The notes under the pieces: generated by a model
Told to the model about the DNA's origin: nothing
What the model saw: only the letters and a program-made list of their open reading frames with translations
The model's database searches: none
Position numbers and translations under genes: made by a program
Shown here: piece by piece, positions 37,881 to 49,800 of the stretch
Layout: each line of letters opens with the position of its first letter
Position numbering within the stretch: position 1 is the first letter of the stretch
Assembly (NCBI RefSeq): GCF_032062105.1
Contig: NW_026927480.1
Location: forward strand, 1-64,000
Reading direction: 5' to 3'
DNA: 64,000 bases
DNA from: Saccostrea cucullata
Lineage: Eukaryota

Positions 37881-40800
37881 TCACATGTAATCAAAAACTG
37901 CCGTTTTTTTACGTTTAGCAAATATCACTGAATGAATGGACTCTTCGACAGTTTTATTTTTTGGTCTTAAATCAAGCAAGAAATCATTAAAATTCCAGAC
38001 GTTAATGATTTTATCTTCAAGAACAATAATAATTATGTTATTACCTGGCAATGCTCTGTTGGATGCTCCTAGTGACCCCATGGAACCCATTAATGACACT
38101 GAAGAGAAAAAAGCATACATTAAGAATGAATTCCAAGTGAGACTCATTTCTGATCTGATTTTTTAAAAATGTTTTCTACTGACTGCTATTGTTTTACAAT
38201 ATTAGAGGAGGTAATCAAATTTAGAAAGAAATTTCAAAAGAATATTAAAAGTTGAATACATGCATGACGTCATTCTAAAATGGCTGACGTCAACTTACTT
38301 CTTGAAGCCATTTTCATCTGTGCTCCTAAGGTAAGAGAAAAAAAAAATAAATGAAATATTTGTACTCTTTAGATTTACTTCAGTACATTTTATAAAATAG
38401 AAATACATGTACTAAATAAATAAAATTTAAATAAACGATAACTTAAAAATTGAATATCAGAATCTGATAAGCGAACTTACTTCTTGCCTGCATGACATCA
38501 CCAAGGTTGTCAGCTAAAAAAAGGGAGGAGAGGCATGAAAAACATAGCCATCACATAGAGTGCTATTCAAAGTACATTGTTTACTAATAAACACAAAGAT
38601 AAATCATATCATTATGCAATATGATGATAATATTAAAAATGACATGTACAGGATATCTTTATTGAAGTTAAGATACCACAACCTACATTTCGCATTAGAT
38701 ATCATGGCCTATATTGAACATTAAAGTTCAATGAGCAATTTTTATTTATACAATATACAAACCAATTTGATCAGGTGTCATTCCAGCTGTAATGAAAAAG
38801 ATGAAATGTTTTAATTAATAAAATTTTGTCAAAAAAGAATTTAAGAAAAAAAAAACATTTTGTTGTTTACAACTTCATTGTGAGAAATTCATGTTTAAAT
38901 AGATATTAATTGGCTAATTTGCTTATCTCCAGTGTGGCAATATCAGATGTTTTGGAGGTATATTTCAAGTAACGTAAAATATGTTAAACTTCCGCGTTTC
39001 CACCATCCTCCATCACTAGCCTTTAAATTGATGGGATTAGGATCCTAAAACACAACCTACCTTGCCTCATCTGAATAGCCTTCACTGTAAACAAAAGAAA
39101 TAGAAAAATTATGAGAACTTTTGCCTAAATTTGAGAAAGAAAACCTCCACTTTAGATAAAATCGTAGAGAAGCTGACAAAAAACTCAATTTTGCGTATTT
39201 ATTGTTTTAGAAATTGATTTGAATATATTTGTTTGTTTAATTGCAAGATGTTCTTTGTTGGATGGAAATTATGTAAGTCAGAAATATTGAACTAGAAAAG
39301 ATAATGCAAGATAAACATGGACTTACTTTTGATGTCCATTGGCATGGAGGCTAAAATAAAAAATAAAACAGATATTAAAAACAAAACAGAGTAATACAGG
39401 AAAGTAAATAAATACGTTTAAACATTTTTTTATAATTTAAAATGGGAAAAAAAATCTTAAGTTATATTTTCTATTTGAACGTTCCCTTTCATTCCTTTAC
39501 TTACATGCCATGCGTGAAGTTCCTCCCATTATGTCAGCTGAAAGACATAAATTAATAAACAAATAAATAAACAAATATATAAATAAATTTTGATAAATCA
39601 TCAAAAAAGCCGTAATAGATTAGTTGAAAAGTTTCATTATTACTACAATTTGCAACCAATTTTGAATAGTGTATTAATATACTGCACTTGTATGTAACCC
39701 GTTCCTTTAAATTACATGGCTTGAAAACACAAGGTAGATCTGTCGTGAAAAGTAAGCTACATGTAGTTGAGAATGTTAATCTCTATTTAGAAGAATGTCT
39801 GTGTCTATTTAGAACATACATTACCTATTTGATCTGGTATAAGACCTGAAAAATAAATACAAATACACATTGTATTAAAAAGTCAGAAATGAAAAAAAGA
39901 AAGTAAACCTTTTCTTTAAAAAAATGTATTGCGTCTCACAAAATGACTGCATATATTTGAAAATCTTAATAATATAATTCTGAGGTGCACGTGGAAAAAT
40001 TCAAATTACAATATAGGACGAAAAAACCTTTTAAGATTAGCTGAATGCTTCAGATAGAAATCAAGAATTGAATTTAAAAAGATAAAACTTACCAATGCTG
40101 GCGAAAAGCATGTCTGTGTTAGCTCCGCTATTTAGCATCTGATTAAACGAATTTGCTCCACCGGAAGAAGCTGGAGCACCCATACTTCCGGTTCCGCCCA
40201 GCATGGATGCTTGACCTCCCATATTTCCGGTTCCGCCCATCATGGATGCTTGGCCTCCCATATTTCCGGTTCCGCCCATCATTGAGGTGTGATCAGAAAA
40301 TCCTGAAGTAGGAATTGGGTCTGTACCTTAGTAGGCATAAGATGAATTTAAGCCAAAAAGATCTTTGAAAACAAAACAAAATTTACAGAAATACAACAAC
40401 AGAAACGTAAATTAGAGAAAATAAGGTTGTTATACCTAGTCCCATTCCATTGATCCCACCCATTCCAAACATGTTGTTCATGCTGTCGGCACCAAAGCCC
40501 GCCTGAATCTGGGTAGGCATTGGATTCATCAAGAATCCCATGTGAGACAATTGTCCGGCAGCGTTATTTGGTGTTAGTCCAAAAAAGGAGTCTGTAGTAA
40601 AGAGGTTGAAACAAGGTTCAAGAAAAGACATTCCTCATGTAATCAAATACAGAGAGGACATTTAATTCATTGTCGCAAAAGCAATGTTTCAAGGTTTTAT
40701 CCGGAGTTGATTATATGTAGTTTTTATTGTTAAGTTCATACATGAAACTTGAAGACTGCAAGACTTTCAACCAATATTCTAAAGTTTGAATATAGCTTTG

Positions 40801-43800
40801 TGAAACATTTTAAGGCTAACAAGTGTGTAACTTTTCAAGCTGCATCAACAAGTAAATATCTAACAAAGTTCAAACCTGCTGTGGTGGCAATAGGTGGCGT
40901 GGTGGTGATCGTCGGTGGCGCTGTTGTTGTAACAGCCATGTTGTTGACGCCTGGCCATACGTTTAAGGTGTTCTGAACTGTGGCCTGGTTATTCCAAGGT
41001 GACGTCGCCGCGGCCTTGCTATTAACAGGGACAGGAGGGAGTACTTTTTCTAGCGCATTTGTAGCTGACTGTGCAGTTTTCTGCTGGAAGCTAACTTGAA
41101 GTGGCGAATTCATCACTGATTTCGAATTAGCTGGTTCTTGATATTGGATTTTTTCTATTGTAGATTTTGTTGGTAATCGTGAGGTTCTGAAGGGGTCTGG
41201 TGGGGGGATTGCTGTAATGAAAATTCCCATGATGCACAAGGAGTTTTTCAAGTAACAACTTAATGTAACAAGTAAGAGTACATGATTTTATTTGATTGAA
41301 TTTAGTTCGAAAGGGAAGATGAAATTTGAAATACATCTATCTCAACCAGGTTTTAATTAACAAAAACTTTTCTGAACATTTGCTGCTTTGATATTGTTCT
41401 AAAATATGTTTTTCAGCCATTATTCCCACCCTTCTGAGACGCCGTGTCCGTCACAGCTCCTCCTCGTCCTATCGCTACAGAACTTCCGGTAATATGGCTC
41501 TTAACAGGTGTGAAGGAAGCAGAAAACAAATCAACAGGAACCGGGTCCTTTCTTCCGCCTACGGTGAAGTCTGTATTCCGTCTCCGAGATCGTCCCGAAT
41601 CACTGGTTTGAGTATTTAGTGTGGACCTTTTAACCATGCCTCCCATTAAGGCAGCCATTGGATTCATGCCCATGGCACCCATACCTCCTGTAAAAGAGAT
41701 TACTGATAGTAAAAACAAGAACCGAGACAAGGAAGTTAACAGCGTTCTAGGTTCTGGGGTTTTTTGTTTGCTTTCAACATCATCAATGGAGTACTATTTA
41801 ATACTTTTTAAATGATTATATTGCCTTCTATGCATAATACAGCATTTTCTTATTCAAATTTGTGTTTCGCTCCAGTGTTTTGATAAAAGGTTTACAATGA
41901 ATTCAACAACTTTCGCTATATTTACTAGCTTTATCTACTTTCGAACAGCGTTTCAAAATACTTCAAATTCATGTAAAAGTTAATTTTGGGGGATGATTGG
42001 AAAAAGACTTATTAAAGCTATACTGATAAATTTCACAATTAAAATAAATGTAAAAATACAACTGCTCTTGTTGATATTTAAATACAATACAGTAGTTTTT
42101 AAAAAGATCTTTTGATAATGTTAAGAACATGCTTATGGTATTTTGAATATAGATAAATAACTTTTGAGCATAGAGAAGTATATATATGTAGAAGTGATTA
42201 ATTATTAGTATTGGTCATCTCTCGGGCCTACTTGTCTTTTGTTTTTCTCAGAACCACCTCTGCGATGTTCGACAAATAATGTAAATAAAACCACCGAGAA
42301 CCCGCTCAGCTTCATTGATAATCTCTGATGGAAGATAATATGTGTGCATTCGTGTTTGATATTAAGCAGAACTCAATTTAATATATGACGCACAATTTTT
42401 TTTTCAATAACGTTATATTTCTTCTTCATATTTTTTTCTCAATTTTGCATCCGAATTTGTGATGAAATGACCTTGGGGGAATCAAAGTATTAAGCTTCAG
42501 TATATTAAGACTAATCTAAGAACGACTCGTTCAAAGGTTTTGTTAGTAGATGGCGCTTATGCGGAAACGCCAAAAGAAAAAAAAATGATTCTAGGATCAG
42601 TTCAAAGTTCTTATTATATTAGAAAAGAAACAAATTCACTTCTCTTATCAGCCATAAATTAAACAATTAGATTTGCATGATCAATTTGTTCAATTTTCGG
42701 TTTATCAAATAGGACAAGACTATAAATCGTTTTATTGACAAAATGGAGATAAAATTAATTGAACCACTACAATTGACCGGATTTGCTATATTTTTTCATT
42801 GGACCTCACTAGATCTTAGGCTAAAAAGAAAGTAAATATATTAGATAATAAAAGATCACCAAAAAGTAACTGAAGGTGAACCGACAGACAAGACCTATTG
42901 TTTTTTTATTCAACTCAGGACATCAACATAGTTTGAATTTAAAAGAACCACTTAGACGGTTGCTACTTAATTTCTATATATAAATATGACCTTAAAGAAG
43001 TTCACGTTGGAGATGTTATTATAAAAGGCAAAGAAATACACAGGAAATTTGATCTAGCTAATTCCATGCAAATATTGCGCGTCTATAGTGACATCACATG
43101 GGCAAAAATCCCAGAGCAAGCTTACCTCGACCGCCCATCATTCCTTTAATACAAGAATATTCACTTCAATAATTTCTTTACAAACTATATTTTTTAATTA
43201 ACTTTTTTTTATTTTTTAAATAGTGAGTTTTCTAAAATAAAGATTTAAAAAAGGGAAGCAATTGCTACACTATAAGCAAGAGGGGAACTTAAAAACAAGA
43301 ACACGATGATGTATTTAAATGCTATACATGCACACATGATGCAAAATGCTGATGAAAAAATGTCTGATGAATGAGATACACATGTTCACAGAAAAAATTA
43401 AATAAATATTGATTTGTGGTTAATTTGTTAGTGTCACTACGTCTCTTACCTCCCCTTGAAGGCATATCTGTTTAACACAGATCAATAAAATAACATGGAA
43501 ATCACAAATATACATATACATAAAGAGAAAAATAATTACATGAAATTGCTCTCACTTTAAAATATTCAAGATTCCAGAGCTTAGATTTATGTTATATACA
43601 TTTTGTTGTATTCATTTGTATTTAAACAAACTAGTATTAACCAGTAACAGACTCAGTCTCTTACCTGGTAAATCTCCTCCTAAAGCTGAAAAAGAAAACC
43701 ATTATGATAAGCAAAGATAAATATTCAATCAATTAAAAAGAGTATAATTGCTTGCTGTTTTGGGTATGTAGAATAATACTTTTTTTTAAAAGAAAGATGA

Positions 43801-46800
43801 TATTAAAATGTCCTTTAATATTCAGTTTTTAAAAGCGATTTAATATTGATGAGAACAATTAATTTTCAAGAAATGTATGCTCCTCTGGAAATTATTCTAT
43901 ATATATTTATATATATAAGCTCACGTTATAATTATGTACATGTACTCTAAACTTAAAATAATAAATTATACTTATTTAAGATGATAATGAAAATTAAAAT
44001 AATGATTGCTCCCTACCTGCCAGAGCTCCGAGACCCCCCATTCCTCCTCCCATACCCATCATGCTGGCCAGGGCTGTAAAAGGAAGAGATGGATGTTGAT
44101 AATGAACATTATAATTTTATTTTTAAATAATTTCAACCTTAACATAAAAGTCATATTTAACAAAAAAAGGATAAAATTAAATAACTGAAGTAGAACTTGA
44201 TTGCAGCAATATCATTCACGTCATTACAGATTTATCTAAAAAATTCCAATCTACCAAAAATTTTTTTTTAGAAGGACACTGATTTATGACATTTATGTAA
44301 AAGTGTGCAAAATAATCGATAATGTGTGCGGAAGAAATGGGAATCCTACATTATCAATATCCTAAAATTAATGTTTTTACCTGGTGTTTAGGCTGACAAC
44401 TCTGTGTGTTTCTAAAATATAAATAATCCACCTACCTCCTAAATTTCCCATACCGCCACCACCCCCTCCTCCGGCCATCATGGCTGCTGCCAAGGGATCT
44501 AAACATAACATTATATTATCTTAGTAAGTGTTAATGTAAGACATAAATATTCTGTATTAATATACTTAACCTACAGGTAAAATCTGGATTTCAGGTATGT
44601 TTAATTGAAGAAGTTGAGGAATTTTGAAAAAAAAGGACTTCTTTATTTTTAAAATCTTAAAAACGAGCTAGTAAGAAAGAAAATTTTAGAGTTATTTTAT
44701 CATCAAACATTAACATTTACGAAATGTTTCTGTAGAGTTAAAAAGAACTTACTCATTCCCCCCATTAATCCGCCCATCATAGAATCCATGCCACCTTAAA
44801 AAAGTAAGAATGATAATTAACATCAAATACAATCATGGATATTTTTACTCTATTAAAAAGAATTACACCAAAACATCTCTCACTTAATTTTTTAATCCTT
44901 TGTATACATCATTGCATACAGACAGTATAAATAAATTTCGATACGCGTTTTCCTTAAGAGACAAAGTTAAGGAAGACAAACCTGATTCTTGTGGTGGAGC
45001 TGTCTCAGCATTTCCAGTTCCGGTACTACTGGACTTAGAAGATGAAGACTTGGAGGCTGTTGATTCAAGTGTTGTATATTGTACTTAAAAAGACATATTC
45101 AACATGTTCTAATCTACAAACCTACATATAAAGCTACAAAAAATGAACTTCATTAATTGAAAATTAAGGTATAACGCACCTCCTTTATTTGATTTTCCAG
45201 AGGAAGACGAGGATGACGTAGATGAAGCTTCACTTGTTGAGGCTGATGGTGGGTCAGGGCCAGGATTGCCTCCTCCTCCGCCGAGCATGCCCATTGCCTG
45301 TGCCATGGCAGCCATGTCCATTCCTCCACCACCTCCTAGAGCTGACATCATATCACCGCCCCCTCCGCCAAGTAGTGACGCAAGTCCTACATGGTACACA
45401 TTACATACTCATTAAAATTTATATACATGTACATGAATATAGAATTTTATGTGGTAAAAGTTATTATTTTATTTCATTAAAATTTAAAATGCACTTTTTT
45501 TCCGCCTATTATTTAGATTTTTTTTTTCAATGACAGTTTTCTTAAACTGATGATTTTAGAGAGATGTGATCAATGAAGTCATTGCATTGTTACGTACCAC
45601 CGCCCCCGCTTCCTCCCCCGAGTCCTCCAGACAGAAGACTGGCCAGTCCGCCACCACCAGATCCTCCCCCGGCACCTCCCATAGCTGTCAATCACAAGAA
45701 ATAATGCAACAACCATCAACATGTGAGTTTACACTTTTTTTTTACATGTACTCATTTCTCAAGTTATTACCACATTTTGGTCATATACACATGAGGTAAA
45801 CAAAGTAAATCAAAATTTCGAGCGGTTTGTACATGACAAGGCAATTCTATTATAGTACAACTTGTAAATTTGTAAATAGAGAATTGTATAAAGTCTAATA
45901 ATAAATTAATTTTCAAGTCAGTACACAATTTTTGTTAAGAATTGGAAACCATATTTAAAATACAACTATTAAATTTTTAATTGACATTCATCTTACCCAT
46001 CAGCATAAGTGGGTTCATTCCCATTCCTAAAAATAATAATCAAAAATAGGTCTTTGAATAAAATCTTTTGACAATATCCCGCATAATGCAATAAAACGCA
46101 TAATGTAATGGAAAATCAGAGGCTTTTTTTTTTAAAAAAGCACAAACCTGACTCTCCTGGTGTAGGCTGTTCAGGGACCTCCCCGGGATCAGTAGCGGTA
46201 TCTGAAGACAACATAATGGGTAATGTAATATTGAACGTAATAAATGTAATATTTAATGCAATAAATGTAATATTTTATGTAATTAATGTAATATTTTATG
46301 TAATAAATATAATATTTATGTAATATATTCAATTCAGCTTTACCATAGCAATTATCCACAAAGTCATCGTAAAAAAATATTTATAATAACACAAGTTAAA
46401 AATATTTAGGCAGGGTAATTAAAGTTTTTAGATTGAGAATGAAATTTGAAAGATGATGTATACTCACTGCCCATGCGCATATTTCTCATCATCATTCTGC
46501 GCATCATTGGGTCTGAATGAAAAAAAATGCATTTATTATGATTAGTACCCTACAATCGTTAAAAAATGCATTAATTTTGATATGATTATGCTAAATATGC
46601 ATTAACTAATAGAGAAATGAATTAATATATCTGTTACTTACTCATTCCAGCCATACCCATACCTAAAATTAAAACAAAATAATGATAAAATAAAATTTAT
46701 AAAATAATTAATTTTTCATATGTCAAAAAAAAACTATTGATTAATATAATTTTGAATAATTTGTAGTTGACCATTCATATTTGCATAGTTATAATAAATA

Positions 46801-49800
46801 GCTATCACCTTTGATTTATATCGAGTCAAAATAAAATCGACTTACTTCATGGGCCATTGAATCTACTTGCAGTGTCGACCTATTCATTGGGTCGTTGAAC
46901 TGACTTTCAGTGTTATAAATATAATCGACTTACCCATTAGGTCATTGAATCGACTTACAGAGTTATATATAGAATCGACTCACTCACTGTGTCATTGAAA
47001 CGACTTGTCGTGTTATAAATAGAATCGATTTAGTCATTGGGTCATTGAACTGACTTGTAGTGTTATAAATAGAATCGACTTATTCATGGGTCATTGAACT
47101 GACTGATAATTCTATAAATAGAATCGACTTACTCACTGGGTCATTGAATTGACTGGTAATTCTATCAATAGAATTGACTTACTCATTGGGTCATTGAATC
47201 GACTTGGCCTTCCACTGCTTCCGCTACTGCCAGACTCTCCTGAAAGGGTTTGAAACACATTCAATAAAACTTATTTCAGTATATTCCTGCAAGCCACGGT
47301 TTCAAAACTCATTTACAATATTTAAAGAAATGAATAGAAATTCTTAAAATAAAAAAAATATACCTCCTCCATTTCCGCCGCCCATGGATGCTACAAGGAA
47401 ACAAAAAAATATATATTTTTAACAAACAACAAATAATAAAAGGGGATAGAGAAATACCTGCATATTCGTTGTAATAAAATCATACTGATAAAAGGAAGAA
47501 TTACAATTACATTATGTCATTCAGTTTATCAAAAGGTGACTAAAAGCTTACATAAAAGGGTTAATGAAAGGAGACTGAAATATTACTGAAAGTGACTGTA
47601 AAACATTCATAACCGCCCCGACCCTTCACTGAATGCTCACTGAAAGGTCTAGAAAGTGTGACAGATATATTCCTTTTCCTCGTGTGAAAAAAACATCCTA
47701 CATGTCTTTTACGACTTCTCATACAAATTCTTTCTCTTTAAATGCAACTTATAAGGGTTACATACCCATTAACTGACTAAAGGCGTTTCCACCAGAACCC
47801 ATTCCTAAAACAAAAAGAAAAAGTTATATTTATAGAAAAAATAATGTTTAAAAAAATAAGTACAAATATCAATTTTAAATAAATGCTAAAGAAAATACTG
47901 ATACATAAATAATTGTAAGTCACAATGTAAAAATCTGCTGAAAATATACTGTTTAAAGTTCTTTAATATGATTTCAGCATCAATATATCTTGAAATTTTT
48001 TCTCCAAGATTAAATGAATACAACCAGAAATTGATATTACAAACAAGTCAATGCGGAGGATATAAAAATGCAAGATACTATCATAACTAAACTCTTAAAG
48101 CGATAAGCATGGGGCTTTTGATTCTTTTCAATTATAGCACACCTCTACCAATGATGTAATTTTTATGAAACCAAAAGCGCAATAAATGCTTACATTTTTG
48201 TGACTTAAAGAATTGTCTCTCTTTCCTTACTTTGGCGAATGGGCATTTTTTTAAAAAGAGAAATTAACAAGATAAAGATTATAAATCGAGAAGTTATCGC
48301 TCTTTTTCGAAAAAAAAAATTGCAATATTGCGCTTTTATTATATGTGTAAATGTATTTATATGACTTGATGAATTTTATGTACAAGGTTTATGAAATATA
48401 TGAATAGATACAAACCTTTCTTGAAATTAAATCTTGTGATTCTGTATCAATTATTTATACTTTATTAAATTTGAGTTTTGTATTGCTCTATATTAGTATT
48501 ATGAAATACGATTTTAATAATGCATAAATATAAGAGTATTCCTCAGCTGTTAAAGTATGCGCTGCTTGTGAAATCAATACTTACCATCCCCTAGGGATGC
48601 TGTGCAAGAATATATACTTTTTTCAATAGAACATAAACCTTGTTCCCAGATTAAAAACAAAAACTTCAAAGCGATAATTAAAAGACATAATAATATTGAC
48701 TTAATTAATTAACTAAAATAATAATCACCCTTAACAGAAAAAGCATTAGAAGACAAAATTACAATATAGAGGGCGGTAAAAATTATTGAATTATAGACAC
48801 TGTTAGGACGAACATGAACGACACACAGACGGTCTATTTACCCATCATCTGTTGGAGCTGATCCGGTGACGGGGAGTTCTTAGAGTCTAAAGAAAAATAC
48901 ATTTTTACATAAGTTGGGAGATAAATACTGTATATGTATCAGGGTGGTGCAATAAACCGATAAATATTCTGCATTCAATTGCAAGAGGTTGACTTCCTTT
49001 CCCCTATTGTACTTTATATCTCTTCAAAATGCACAAAGAGTACTTCCCTTTTAATAGATTACATGCTTTTTAAGTTCTGTCCATTGTTGTACTGTTTTGG
49101 TCAACATCATGCCTACCATTATGAAAACAATAAAAAAAAAAGTGATGTTACTCACTTAGACTTTGCATCATCTTCTGCGCAAGTGCAGTGAAGTCGGGCT
49201 GTGATTGGACAGTTGGTGCTGGGGTCGTTGTCGTAGTCGTGGTGGTAGTCGTGGTTGTGGTGGGGCGCCTCCTTGGTGGTGCCTGGAAAGCATTGGCTCC
49301 ACCACCTAAAGTCAACATAAGTTTATTCTTTCATACTCTGATAAACTTCAAGAACAACTGTAAAATGCTTTCTTCCAAAAACTTAGCATTATGAATAAAA
49401 ACATGCTACGTTTGAATAGATGTAAAAGCAGTTAATATTATTTGCAATCAGTTGAATTGGAATAAGTAAGGTTTTTACATATACATATTACATACCGTAT
49501 TACTTTTGACACCAGTTTTTAAGATAGTGATACAATTGAGGCCTACGATTCGACTTTTAAGGGTATTCCAGTTATGATTGTTTAGACATTCGACGAGAAG
49601 GGTTTAATAAAATATAGTTTTCCCCTCCTAGATATGATAGATATTTAAAAGCTTCCTCGTAATTTTTCTGGGAAAATTGTTATTTTTTGCCAAAAAAATT
49701 GGCACCAAACGTCAATTCACACGTACCTCCCAGAAGTCCCTGTAATTGGAGTTTTTGTTGTGGTGAAAGAACAGCTGAAATATAATTACATTCAAATATA

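Noticed and set aside
46835-47206. Regularly spaced repeats superficially like a CRISPR array
   Set aside because: Intervening sequences are homologous rather than unique spacers, the context is a eukaryotic intron, and there are no cas genes.
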